64,000 nt of DNA from an uncultured Rivularia sp. (GCA_963665115.1 OY762007.1:3104001-3168000); one strand, 5' to 3'. Shown: positions 34,224 to 46,429, counted from the first letter of the stretch. Notes: a model not told the origin generated them from the sequence alone. Translations and numbers: made by a program.

Positions 34224-35294
34224 ATGGGGCTTTGGCGCTTCGTTGCCCGTTTGACGAAAAGGGGTGGAATCAAAAATTTTGTTTTATTATTTTTGTTGGG
34301 TTTAAGTTTAAGCGTTTCGCTGATATCTTGTAGTGCGTCGAATGCTCAAGATTCTAAACGAGTAGATTTAACGCTGGTTTCCTATGCTGTCACCAAACCA
34401 GCCTATAGAAAAATTATTCCGCAATTTGTGCAGGAGTGGAAGCAAACACACAATCAAACGGTGCGTTTTTACGAAAGTTATGGGGCTTCCGGCGCTCAAA
34501 CCCGTGCTGTAGTTGATGGTTTGGATGCTGATGTGGTGGAGTTGGCTTTGGCTTTGGATATGAAGAGAATTGAAAAAGCTGGGTTGATTCAACCGGGATG
34601 GGAAAATGAAGCGCTTAATAATAGTATTGTGACTCAATCTGTTGCGGCTTTGGTAACTCGTAAAGGTAATCCCAAACAAATAAATAATTGGCAAGATTTA
34701 ACAAAAGACGACGTTAGCGTCATTACCGCAAACCCCAAAACTTCCGGTGTAGCGCGGTGGAATTTCTTGGCTTTATATGGTTCCAAAATAGAAACTGGCG
34801 CAAAAGATGCTCAGGCTTTAGATTTTACTAGCAAAGTTTATCAAAATGTACCAATATTACCCAGAGATGCACGCGAAGCCAGCGATGCATTTTTTAATCA
34901 AGGGCAAGGTGACGTTTTAATTAATTATGAAAACGAATTGATTTTAGCTGGTTTGAAAGGTAAACCGAGTAATTATATTGTCCCCGAAACAAATATTTTG
35001 ATTGAAAATCCCGTTGCGGTAATTGATAAAAATGTAGATAAACATGGCAACCGAGAAGTAGCAGAAGCTTTTGTAGAATATCTATTTACTCCCGCAGCCC
35101 AAAGAGAATTTGCAAAAATTGGATTTCGTCCAGTAAATCAAGTTGTTAAACAAGAATTTGCTGCTAAATATCCTCCTGTAAAAACCTTATTTACCGTCAA
35201 AGAATTAGGTGGTTGGGATAAAGTTCAAAACCAATTTTTTGCTGATAATGCAGCATTTGATGAAATTCAGAAGAAAATTGGAAATGGGGGGTAG
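34224..35294 (+). CDS. sbpA: Sulfate ABC transporter substrate-binding protein
   Basis: SYGASGAQ, NPKTSGVARWNF, GDVLINYENE. Confidence 0.93.
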   Translation: MGLWRFVARLTKRGGIKNFVLLFLLGLSLSVSLISCSASNAQDSKRVDLTLVSYAVTKPAYRKIIPQFVQEWKQTHNQTVRFYESYGASGAQTRAVVDGLDADVVELALALDMKRIEKAGLIQPGWENEALNNSIVTQSVAALVTRKGNPKQINNWQDLTKDDVSVITANPKTSGVARWNFLALYGSKIETGAKDAQALDFTSKVYQNVPILPRDAREASDAFFNQGQGDVLINYENELILAGLKGKPSNYIVPETNILIENPVAVIDKNVDKHGNREVAEAFVEYLFTPAAQREFAKIGFRPVNQVVKQEFAAKYPPVKTLFTVKELGGWDKVQNQFFADNAAFDEIQKKIGNGG

Positions 35295-35439
35295 AGGGGG
35301 AGAGGGGATAGAGGGGGGAGAGGGGGAAGAGGGGGGAGAGGGGGTAGAGGGGGAACATCCCAAATGTTTGAATTTGTAGTGCGAGCATCTTGCTCGCTAT
35401 ATATCCAAGGAACAAGATGCCCCCACTACAGTTGTTTTT

Positions 35440-35572
35440 ATAACCCCTAACCCTTAAATCCTAACTCCTAACTCTTAACTCCCTACTCCCTACTCTTAAC
35501 TCCCTACTCTCTACTCCCTACTCCCTACTCCTAAGTGATAATTGATAATTGATAATTGATAATTGATAACTG
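35440..35572. repeat. Short tandem heptamer repeats (STRR-type)
   Basis: CCTAACT/CCCTACT runs then (ATTGATA)n; similar STRRs at about 15318, 19751, 22978-23058, 23805-23870, 36440, 37637 and 39790. Confidence 0.85.
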
Positions 35573-36434
35573 ATGAGCGTTGCACAATCTAATTTTCAAA
35601 ATCCGAAATCTAAAATCCAAAATCCAAAATCCAAAATTCCTCAATTCTCTTTGCCTTGGGGAATTACTATTGGTTATCTAACTATTATGCTGTTGCTTCC
35701 GGTGACAGCTTTAGTTTTACAAGCTTCTCAGGTGGGGTTAAGCGAGTTTTGGCGGATTGCTACTAGCGCGATCGCACTTTCTGCTTACAATGTCACTTTT
35801 GTGACTGCGTTGGTGGCAACTGCTGTTAATGGTGCTTTTGGTTTATTAATTGCTTGGGTACTTGTGAGATATGACTTTCCGCTGAAGCGTTTTGTTGATG
35901 CGGCGATCGATCTACCTTTTGCTTTGCCCACGGCGGTAGCAGGTTTAACTTTAGCTAATGTCTATTCTGAGAATGGCTGGATTGGCTCTTTGCTTGCACC
36001 GTTGGGTATTAAAGTTGCTTTCAGTCGCTTTGGTGTGTTTGTGGCAATGCTGTTTATTTCGCTACCATTTATCGTGCGAGCGTTGCAGCCTGTGTTGCAA
36101 GAAATGGAACACGATACAGAAGAAGCGGCTTGGAGTCTGGGAGCGTCGAAGTTTCAAACTTTTTGGCAAGTAATTTTTCCACCTTTATTTCCAGCTTTGT
36201 TAACAGGTATTGCTTTAGGCTTTTCTCGTGCTGTCGGAGAGTACGGTTTCGATTGTAATTATCTCTTCAAATATTGCGTTCAAAGATTTAATTGCATCGG
36301 TGTTAATTTTTCAACGTTTGGAACAATATGATTACGCTGGTGCAACTGTAATTGGAACTGTACTTTTAGGAATTTCGCTGTTAATTTTATTAGCAATTAA
36401 CTTATTACAAGCTTGGGGAAAGAGGTATCAATAA
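35573..36434 (+). CDS. cysT: Sulfate ABC permease (frameshift near 36247-36249)
   Basis: [33 protein letters not shown]; ORFs 35573..36331 and 36228..36434 join. Confidence 0.93.
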
Positions 36435-36552
36435 TTAATGGGGGATTGGGCATTGGTAATGGGTAATAGGTAATTGGTAATTATTAACTATTAATTTCTA
36501 ACTTTTCTTACTATTAACTAACAACTAACAACTATTATTTAATAAATATTGT

Positions 36553-37353
36553 ATGACTAAAAGACTTTTAATTGTCAGTGCTATTACTTACTTAGGATTG
36601 GTATTAATTATTCCGGCTGTAAATGTTTTTTATCAAGCTTTTAAAGGTGGTATTGGAGAGTTTTTAGGTTATCTGACGACTGATGATTTTCTGAGCGCGG
36701 TAGGGCTTACTTTACTTATTGCTTTGATTGTGGTGCCAGTAAATGCTGTATTCGGACTTTGTGCTGCTTGGGTTTTGGCTCGCAATCGCTTCCCCGGAAG
36801 GGCTTTTGTAATGAGTATTTTGGATGTCCCTTTTTCTGTCTCCCCGGTGGTTGCTGGTTTAATGATGATTTTGCTTTACGGGCAGAATGGTTGGTTTGGA
36901 GGAATATTGTCAGCGATTAATTTTAAGGTTATTTTCGCTTTTCCGGGAATGGTTTTAGCAACTGCTTTCGTAACGATGCCTTTTGTGGCAAGGGAAGTAA
37001 TTCCGGTTTTGGAGGAAATCGGTTCTTCTCAAGAGGAAGCTGCAAGTACTTTGGGTGCGAGTCAATGGCAAACTTTTTGGCGGGTAACTCTACCAAATAT
37101 CCGCTGGGGTTTGCTTTATGGTTTAATTTTGACTAATGCTAGAGCAATGGGTGAATTTGGAGCGATATCTGTGGTATCTGGCAATATTATTCGTAAAACT
37201 CAAACTTTACCGCTGTTTGTAGAGCAAGCTTATAAGCAATATGAAACGGAAACGGCTTTTGCTGCTGCGGTGCTACTTGCTTGTTTGGGGTTCGTCACCC
37301 TGGTTTTAAAAGAAATTTTGGAACGGAAGACGGCAGCGAGCAGCGAGCAGTGA
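36553..37353 (+). CDS. cysW: Sulfate ABC permease
   Basis: PFSVSPVVAG, LPNIRWGLLYG, ARAMGEFGA. Confidence 0.94.
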   Translation: MTKRLLIVSAITYLGLVLIIPAVNVFYQAFKGGIGEFLGYLTTDDFLSAVGLTLLIALIVVPVNAVFGLCAAWVLARNRFPGRAFVMSILDVPFSVSPVVAGLMMILLYGQNGWFGGILSAINFKVIFAFPGMVLATAFVTMPFVAREVIPVLEEIGSSQEEAASTLGASQWQTFWRVTLPNIRWGLLYGLILTNARAMGEFGAISVVSGNIIRKTQTLPLFVEQAYKQYETETAFAAAVLLACLGFVTLVLKEILERKTAASSEQ

Positions 37354-37664
37354 ACAGTTAATAGTTAACAGCCAACAATTATCAATTATCAATGCAAAGT
37401 AAACGGTGAATGGCGATCGCGCTAATTATAGGAGATCCAAACCCAATCATTCTCGATCGATCGTGCCCGTGAGGTGCTGATAATTGACAATTGTTAATTG
37501 ATAACTGCTTATTTGTGCAAGGAATATTAGTTAACTTTTGATTAAGTTATTCTGGACTTTAGATTAGTAATTTTAATCTAAAATCTGTCTTGCAAAGTTG
37601 GGGGTGTCGGTTTCCGTCCCCCAAACTTTCCGCAAAAATCCAAAATCCAAAATCTAAAATGGAT

Positions 37665-38345
37665 TTATGCCATTTGATTTTCAATCGCCCAACGGGCTAA
37701 TTCGGTGCGATTGTGGAGGTTGGTTTTACCCAACATATTGGAAACGTGGCTTTCAACGGTACGCTGGGAGACGTTTAATTCTTCAGCGATTTCTCTGTTA
37801 GCCATACCTCTAGCCACAAACTGCACTACTTTTAGTTCTGTTGGAGTTAGTTGAACATCAAAGGGTACTTGGATGCGAGAACCGTTTTCGCCTCCCTTGG
37901 CTTGATGTTCTTTCCAACGAATGGTTTGTTTGAGCGAGGATTCAACTTGGGCTACGAGTTCTTCTGGTTCAAAGGGCTTGACCATATATACATCAGCACC
38001 TTTATTTAAACCTTTCACTCTATCTGAGCTTTGTCCCTTTGCAGAAAGGAAGAGAACAGGTATCCAACTGGTGCGTTCTGTTTGTCGGACTTGTTCTACA
38101 AAGGTGTAACCGTCCATTTCCGGCATCATCACGTCGCAAATAATCATGTCTGGAATGTCTAGCTCTAATATTTCCAGAGCTTCCCGACCATTTTCGGCAG
38201 TGACGACTTCATATCCTCGGAATTCTAAGTAGTCTTTTACCAGCAAGATGAGATTAGGGTCATCATCTATGAGCAGTAAGCGTTTATGATCTTTCATGCT
38301 GGGTTCTTTCATAGCAGTGGCACTTGTTGCGCGTAGATCCATCAA
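37665..38345 (-). CDS. ycf29: NarL/LuxR response regulator, Ycf29/Rre1-like
   Basis: LLLIDDDPNLILLVKDYLEFRGY receiver plus LuxR HTH (RTVESHVSNML). Confidence 0.8.
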   Translation of the reverse strand: MMDLRATSATAMKEPSMKDHKRLLLIDDDPNLILLVKDYLEFRGYEVVTAENGREALEILELDIPDMIICDVMMPEMDGYTFVEQVRQTERTSWIPVLFLSAKGQSSDRVKGLNKGADVYMVKPFEPEELVAQVESSLKQTIRWKEHQAKGGENGSRIQVPFDVQLTPTELKVVQFVARGMANREIAEELNVSQRTVESHVSNMLGKTNLHNRTELARWAIENQMA

Positions 38346-39312
38346 GGTCTTGAATAGTTATCCTAATTGGTGGATGATTGAGATGTTGTCCTTTTTTTTT
38401 CACTTACCTTGCCTTTCTATTGGTGGAACTCTCAAAGGAGATTATCCCCTCCATCGAGATTTCAGCATCAACTTGGCCGAGCCACAGTAAGGATACGTAG
38501 AGCAATAGTATCTATAATGCGCTATTATATATCGCTTTGAAAGGTGCGGGTTAAAAACATTCCATAAAATAATAATCCTTTCATGTTCATTCCTGTCAGT
38601 ATTGGGCGAACATACCGATGAATGAAAATAACCCGCGCCTCATCTATTTTTCTGCTTTTACGTATCCAACTTAATGCTCCCCTCTCGTTTAAGATTTTAT
38701 TTCTTATTCAGAGAAGCCTTTATGGTAAGGAAAGAATAAAAAGTATCGGTTAGCAAACAATTTGTAAACTTCCAGGGCGTTCTGTTAAGACGCGTTCAAT
38801 TACTCAGGGGATAAAGGAGTAGTTACCACCTTCCAAAGGCGGGGTAAGCTACTATTATTGTTCTAGAACAACCGCTCCCGCAAGTAGTTGGTTTTTGTTT
38901 ATCAGAAACCGTCGCCGGTTCTTCCACTTGTACAGAGTCCATTTTGAGCTTAAATAGTCACTTTTTCAAGTATTTCTAAAACTAAAACTAGCAAGACGAG
39001 AAGCAGAAATTAGAAATTAAAGCTTAATTTCATAGAAATACACGTAGTTGAATTTTTGACAACCCCAAAGTTTCTGTATAGTTTCTAAGCTGTTTGTAGG
39101 GTTCTTTGCTAGTTGTTTTTGGTACTTGAACGCTCGAATGAAACACTGCATCATCACGCATTTAACGGCTTCCTTTTTTCTGTTCTATAACAATTTCTTG
39201 GCTTTGCAAATAATGGCGAGCCATATCAAACTCTTCTTCGGAAGTTACATAAAACCCGAACACAAGAGTGAAATTGAGCATTTATACTTAAGTAGACCCA
39301 TATGAAAGCTTA

Positions 39313-39328
39313 GTTCGGGAACCCGTAC
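39313..39328 (+). promoter_or_regulatory. K-box of the groESL promoter
   Basis: GTTCGG-GAAC-CCGTAC matches GTTCGG-NNAN-CCNNAC. Confidence 0.88.
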
Positions 39329-39367
39329 TCTATGAAACGTTGCCATTACACGTCTGGCTTCGCTAAA

Positions 39368-39394
39368 TTAGCACTCAGGAGTCGAGAGTGCTAA
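39368..39394 (+). promoter_or_regulatory. CIRCE (HrcA operator)
   Basis: TTAGCACTC-N9-GAGTGCTAA, perfect consensus. Confidence 0.97.
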
Positions 39395-39410
39395 GAAGGC
39401 AAAAAAAGTT

Positions 39411-39722
39411 ATGGCAGCTGTATCTTTAAGCGTTTCTACAGTAAAACCTTTGGGCGATCGCGTTTTCGTGAAAGTCAACGCATCGGAAGAAAAGACCGCT
39501 GGTGGTCTATACTTGCCCGATACTGCAAAGGAAAAGCCTCAAGTAGGTGAAGTAGTAGCAGTCGGCGACGGTAAGATGAAGGATGACGGTGGTCGTCAGT
39601 CGGTGGATGTAAAGGTTGGGGACAAAGTTCTTTACTCCAAGTATGCTGGCACCGATATCAAGTTGGGTACCGACGAGTATGTACTGCTTTCTGAGAAGGA
39701 TATTCTAGCGATTGTTAGTTAG
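39411..39722 (+). CDS. groES: Co-chaperonin GroES
   Basis: [29 protein letters not shown]. Confidence 0.98.
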   Translation: MAAVSLSVSTVKPLGDRVFVKVNASEEKTAGGLYLPDTAKEKPQVGEVVAVGDGKMKDDGGRQSVDVKVGDKVLYSKYAGTDIKLGTDEYVLLSEKDILAIVS

Positions 39723-40010
39723 TAGCTAGTCGTTAGTTGGACGGTTGGACGGTTGAGAACAACTAGTAAGAAAGAACTAACCGAAAAAATTTTAGATTTT
39801 AGATTTTGGATTGAATTAGGAATGGTTTCAAGCAAGAGCATTTCAAGTATGAAATCATTGCTCCGTCGCTATTCTCACATCATCAAGCCCCTGAATTTAT
39901 TCACGGTTTGATAAAGATAATCCAAAATCGTAAATCCAAAATCCAAAATTGATTAACGGGCAATAAATAACAACATTTTTTTACAGAAAGTAAGCGAAAG
40001 GTACAAGTAG

Positions 40011-41652
<1,642 letters not shown>

Positions 41653-41712
41653 GTCGAAGAAAGCTTACTGAAACGTTAATTTACGTTAACTGAATAAAAC
41701 CCCTATTCTTGT

Positions 41713-41744
41713 AAACAGTCGTCTCTTAGAGATGGCTGTTTTTT
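41713..41744 (+). terminator. groESL intrinsic terminator
   Basis: AAACAGTCGTCTC-TTA-GAGATGGCTGTTT followed by a T run. Confidence 0.8.
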
Positions 41745-42107
41745 CAGTGAACAGTGAGCAGTGAACAGTTAAGAACCTCACTCTCCTTATCAAAGAGGGA
41801 ACGATGATAGAGTTAAAACCTATTCTCCTCAACGCAAAACTGGTATATTCGGTAATTTTCATTAAATAATTTATTGTTTTGTGAAGATGGAGGTTTATAT
41901 AGGAATGCATATTGCTGGGTGGAATAAATTATGGTTTCTGTTTTTGCAACCATGAAAGAAAAATATATGAATTCTGATAGCGATATGCGAAAAGTAACGC
42001 ATATAAAATGCAATTTGCTTCCTTTTTGCATTAAAAGAACTATTGTACTAGCTATTGAGTTAAGCTTATTTTACGGATGCTTTTGATGTAAAAAATAATT
42101 TGTAGCG

Positions 42108-43370
42108 ATGTCAGAATTAATAGATGCTTTAGATAGAATTGTAAATTGGTTGGAAAAACATCCTTCTGAAAAATACGCTTCTGTAGATGTTTTGCAACCG
42201 GGATTAAGCTATGAGGAAATTGAGAGAAGAGTTGGTGATTTACCTTTTAAGTTACCGGAGGAAGTGTATGAGCTTTATCAATGGAGAAATGGGACTTTTG
42301 AGGGTGAGGAAGAAAGAGCGCAATTTTTTAATGGTTTGACTTTTCTATCTTTGGAAGCAGCTTTGGATAAATATAGTGAACTACTTGAAGAAGCTGAAGA
42401 GTTTATAGAAACCGATGATTGCTTTATAGAAGACAAAGATTACAGTGATAAATCCGATTTTTGGGATGTTATGTGGTTCCCTTTATTTTGCTCGATATTT
42501 ATTGATGAACCCAGTTTTTACTTAGTCAAAGGTGATAGTGAAGGAAATATATATCCCAATATATTTTATGCCAATTCATATGATTATCATTGTAGGGAGT
42601 TTAATAATCTTACAGAGATGATGCTGTTGATAGCAAAAAGTTATGAATCAAAAAATGATTTAAAAATAAATAAACCAGCAGCAAGCTATTTTTATCAAAT
42701 GTCATCATCTCAACCTATGGCAGAATTAAATAATGCTTTAGATAGAATTTTAATTTATTTGGAAGAACATGAAAATTTAAATAGTGCTCGTTTTGAATCT
42801 TTACAACTTGGACTTAGCTATGAAGAAATTATAGAAAAAACTCAAGATTTACCTTTTTGTTTACCTAGAGAAGCTATCGAACTTTATCAATGGGATAATG
42901 GTACTTGGAAGGAAGAAGAAGCTCATGGGTGTTTCTTTTCTAAGAATCATATATTTATTTCATTAGAATCAGCTTTAGCAATATATAATTTGTATGCGAA
43001 ATCATGGTTAGAATCTGGGTATAGAATCAATTTTTCATATTTGAATGATGATACTTTAAGATGGCGAAATTATATTTGGAATCAAAGATGGTTTCCTATT
43101 ATGCAGGATATGGATGAGCAAGGTTTAATTGTAGTAGTACTGGATAAGGAACAGAAAGAAAAAACACCAGTATTAGATATTTTTTGGGAAGACTTTGATG
43201 GTGAACCCGATGTTATTTATCCAAGTCTTACTAAAATGATTCAAGCAGAAGCAGAAATATATGAGGCTGGATATTATTTAGCAGATAAAAATAGAGCAAT
43301 TGATTGCGAAGCAGTAAAATGTATTCGCCAAAAATATCAAGATATACCGATGAGAATTTGGCGGGAGTAG
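42108..43370 (+). CDS. Tandem double SMI1/KNR4 (SUKH) immunity-type protein
   Basis: Two homologous units, each L..ALDRI…LQ.GLS.EEI…LPF.LP.E..ELYQW.NG…F.SLE.AL…WFP. Confidence 0.85.
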   Translation: MSELIDALDRIVNWLEKHPSEKYASVDVLQPGLSYEEIERRVGDLPFKLPEEVYELYQWRNGTFEGEEERAQFFNGLTFLSLEAALDKYSELLEEAEEFIETDDCFIEDKDYSDKSDFWDVMWFPLFCSIFIDEPSFYLVKGDSEGNIYPNIFYANSYDYHCREFNNLTEMMLLIAKSYESKNDLKINKPAASYFYQMSSSQPMAELNNALDRILIYLEEHENLNSARFESLQLGLSYEEIIEKTQDLPFCLPREAIELYQWDNGTWKEEEAHGCFFSKNHIFISLESALAIYNLYAKSWLESGYRINFSYLNDDTLRWRNYIWNQRWFPIMQDMDEQGLIVVVLDKEQKEKTPVLDIFWEDFDGEPDVIYPSLTKMIQAEAEIYEAGYYLADKNRAIDCEAVKCIRQKYQDIPMRIWRE

Positions 43371-43404
43371 AATTGAGCTTTGCATAAATTATATAAATAA
43401 TAAA

Positions 43405-43857
43405 ATGCCATCTATAGAAATTATCTGCGTTGCTCAAATTGAACCAATATATTTTACTGATTTACCTTTCCAGATAGAGGTCAATAAAAATTTGATTTCT
43501 CATCGAAGCCCTGCTCCTCTTTTTCAGTCTGACTTTGATAAACTCAAGGGTTACATATACCATTTATTAGAAAATGAAGGAATAACAGCATATGAACTAC
43601 TTGAACAAGGTTGGTATGATGCTTGTGGAAATAGTAATATATTGAAATTCATTGACAAGGTATCACCTGATGTACAGTCTGTACTTAAAACGCTACTGAA
43701 TTGTTCACCAGTTAAGCAGCTTTTGTTTACTTCAGATTATCAATTTGGACCGGAGATAGTTAAGAGATTTGACCCAATCCCAATTGCTAAATTTTGGAAA
43801 TTACACGATACTAACAAGATTATATTGAACTCTGCTTACTGGATAACAGAAAGCTAA
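43405..43857 (+). CDS. Hypothetical protein
   Basis: 150-aa ORF co-oriented with the SMI1 gene; no family recognised. Confidence 0.65.
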   Translation: MPSIEIICVAQIEPIYFTDLPFQIEVNKNLISHRSPAPLFQSDFDKLKGYIYHLLENEGITAYELLEQGWYDACGNSNILKFIDKVSPDVQSVLKTLLNCSPVKQLLFTSDYQFGPEIVKRFDPIPIAKFWKLHDTNKIILNSAYWITES

Positions 43858-43927
43858 GAAGTTAGTATGGCAGAAGATAGAATTAAATATACATAATTTG
43901 TTTATAATTTATCAGTTAATAAAAATA

Positions 43928-44218
43928 ATGAAACGCGATGAGGTTTTAGCAATTATTGAAAAGCATCGAGAACAATTGCAAACAATGGGAGTAAAATCTC
44001 TAGATTTATTTGGTTCAGTTGCACGGAATGAAGCGCGAGAAGATAGCGATGTAGATTTTTTTGTAGAATTTAATCGAGAGGTTGGATTATTTGAGTTGAT
44101 AAAAGTAAAGCTTTATTTACAAGATATAATAGGTCGTTCTGTAGATATTGGAACCTTAGACACTTTGCGAGACAATTTAAGAGAACCTGTTACTAAGGAT
44201 GTGATTCGTGCCCTCTAG
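43928..44218 (+). CDS. Minimal nucleotidyltransferase (MNT) antitoxin
   Basis: LFGSVARNEAREDSDVD (GSX10DXD). Confidence 0.92.
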   Translation: MKRDEVLAIIEKHREQLQTMGVKSLDLFGSVARNEAREDSDVDFFVEFNREVGLFELIKVKLYLQDIIGRSVDIGTLDTLRDNLREPVTKDVIRAL

Positions 44219-44555
44219 AGATTGGCGTTTTCGTGTACGGGATATGATGCAAGCTATTAATTCTATTCAGAATCGTGTAGCTAATCTAACATTTGCGGAT
44301 TTTCAAGCTAACGAGACAATAGCAAAAGCTGTTTTCTACGACTTTCTGATTATTGGGGAAGCAGCAATAAATATTCCTCCTGAGATTCAATTGCGTTACC
44401 CTAACATTCCTTGGCGCGTTGTTGCTGATATGAGAAATGTGATGGCTCACGAATATTTTCAAGTTAATCAAAAAATAGTTTGGAATACCATTAAAAATAA
44501 TCTTTCTGAATTAATGCGGCAATTGGAAGAATCAATTGAAGGGGAAGATTGTTGA
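44208..44555 (+). CDS. HEPN/DUF86 RNase toxin (HepT-like)
   Basis: IIGEAA, RNVMAHEY (RX4HXY); overlaps MNT. Confidence 0.92.
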   Translation: MPSRDWRFRVRDMMQAINSIQNRVANLTFADFQANETIAKAVFYDFLIIGEAAINIPPEIQLRYPNIPWRVVADMRNVMAHEYFQVNQKIVWNTIKNNLSELMRQLEESIEGEDC

Positions 44556-44579
44556 ACTTTTAATAAAAAACTATCACAA

Positions 44580-44666
44580 ATGTCAGAGTTAACAGTTGCT
44601 TTAAATCGAATTTTAAATTGGCTGGAAAAACATCCTTCGGAAAAATACGGTTATAAAGTTTTATAA
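44580..44666 (+). pseudogene. 5' stub of a SMI1/KNR4 gene
   Basis: MSELTVALNRILNWLEKHPSEKY vs MSELIDALDRIVNWLEKHPSEKY at 42108; ends after 28 codons. Confidence 0.85.
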
Positions 44667-44744
44667 ATAATTATACTTTATACTTAGCATAGTATAAAAA
44701 AAGACTTTCATAGTTTATGTCAAGTTTACTTAAAATTACATAAT

Positions 44745-45301
44745 ATGCCTTTAACTAACGATTCAATTCTTTGGGCTATCAATTTTTTACATAGTCATTC
44801 TGATGGAGATTTATTCCCAAAAATATTAGAAATTGATGCTATCTATGAAATGGCTGATGAGTTTGTTAAGCAAATTGAGAATAAAGATTTATGCTCATTT
44901 CCTCCTGGTTCTTGCCGTCGATTTATTGTTCCAAAAGATGAAATTGCCTATCGTCAAGCGACATGATGAAGTAAGAGGTAACGAATACTTTCGGTTTTCT
45001 ATTTTAAGTCTTTTTACCAAAAATCAGCACATTAATCATCTTTCAAAGCTAGCTAGATGCTATACATCCAGTGAACCATTTGTAAGGAGAGAAATACTTC
45101 TTTCGGCAAAACAAAATTTAGCTTTCGATTGGCTTCGAGAGCATAAAGAGAGCTATCCGACAATGGACCCCTTGGCAAAAAATTGCGTATATATTTGGAA
45201 TTTCAGGATTTCCCAAGGATGAAAAAAAATATTTTTTAAATAGGCATCATTATAACAGACCATTTGAAAATGTTTTAGCTAAATGGGCAAAGAATGCCTA
45301 A
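44745..45301 (+). pseudogene. Internally deleted reverse transcriptase (probably UG/Abi defence class)
   Basis: N-terminal HSDGDLFPKILE…RRFIVPKDEIAYRQAT (RT domain-1-like) joined out of frame near 44963 to a helical C-terminal tail; no YxDD. Confidence 0.65.
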
Positions 45302-45364
45302 TAATATGAAAGCAGTGGCAAACAACTTAACTCATGCATTTTTCATCAATATAAAGGGCTATAC

Positions 45365-45685
45365 TCATTTTATTAGCCCTTGCGTTCTTAACCTCTTAGC
45401 AATTGCCGATTCACCGTGGCTTTGACGTAAATTATCTACATTTTCCAAACGTCTTTGCACATCAGCATCAATATCTTCTTTGTTATCCCAGTAATAAGCT
45501 AATGCTGAATGAATTTGACTCATTGTTAAATGGGGATATTGAAAATGCAGTTCTTCAGCACTCCAACCATAAGCATAAACGGATGTAATTATTTCAACTA
45601 CTTTCATCCTAGTTCCAATAATGAAAGGTACATTATTTTCGTCAAATTCAATATATTTATACCCAGTATTTGTTGCTTGAGTCAT
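45365..45685 (-). CDS. DUF433 protein
   Basis: P.IIGTRMKV…YPHL…IHSALAYY. Confidence 0.9.
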   Translation of the reverse strand: MTQATNTGYKYIEFDENNVPFIIGTRMKVVEIITSVYAYGWSAEELHFQYPHLTMSQIHSALAYYWDNKEDIDADVQRRLENVDNLRQSHGESAIAKRLRTQGLIK

Positions 45686-45697
45686 TATTAGTATCCA

Positions 45698-46291
45698 TTA
45701 CTCACAATTTACAGAAGCCTTTGTCAAACTCGCATCAATCAATACCGAAAGCGCATTTTGAGCAAATGTTGCTCCATCGGGTGACTGTTCAATAGTAGCC
45801 ATCAAACTAGCCCCTCCAATTAGCAGAAGATACTGTTTAGAAAAAGCATCAGGATTCTCTACACCTGCTTCTGCTGCTAATCTCATGACAATTTTACGAA
45901 TTGATTCACGCAAATCAATTGAAACATGATGGGCTTTATGAGATGCGTCTGCAATTTCCAGCACTGCATTAATAAACGGACACCCCCGAAATCCAGGAGA
46001 TGCATACCACTCTCGCATAACATCAAATGTTGCTAACAGTTGCTCTTTTGGGGTGTTCCCACGCTCTGTAACCGCTTTCTCAAACCATCCAATCCACTGT
46101 TGAGCGCGATACTTTGTCACTTCCTCAATCAATATGTCCTTCGAGGAAAACCAACGGTACAGCGTTCGTTTAGCAATACCTGATTCGGAAATTACTTCGT
46201 TAATACCAACATACGGAATTCCTTTTTCATAAAAAAGTTTCGATGCTGTTTCCAGAATTCTCTGCCGAGCAGTACTTGATTCCCCAGTCAT
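45698..46291 (-). CDS. TetR-family regulator
   Basis: ARQRILETASKLFY…SGIAKRTLYRWF; RGCPFIN. Confidence 0.92.
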   Translation of the reverse strand: MTGESSTARQRILETASKLFYEKGIPYVGINEVISESGIAKRTLYRWFSSKDILIEEVTKYRAQQWIGWFEKAVTERGNTPKEQLLATFDVMREWYASPGFRGCPFINAVLEIADASHKAHHVSIDLRESIRKIVMRLAAEAGVENPDAFSKQYLLLIGGASLMATIEQSPDGATFAQNALSVLIDASLTKASVNCE

Positions 46292-46314
46292 AGCTTTTGT
46301 TTTAGCGACATAGT

Positions 46315-46373
46315 AGACAGACTTGTCTGCGTGCATCTATAATACCAGCAAGTTCGGGGAGACAGACTTGTCT
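46315..46373. promoter_or_regulatory. Two TetR-type operators
   Basis: AGACAGACTTGTCT at 46315-46328 and 46360-46373 in the divergent promoter. Confidence 0.75.
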
Positions 46374-46429
46374 CCATTGAAGACAAACTTAAAAATTACT
46401 TTCAAGTAAATCTTTCTGGGAATTTAATT

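Noticed and set aside
44745..45301. Functional retron or group II intron
   Set aside because: No YxDD core, and no recognisable msr/msd or intron domain V
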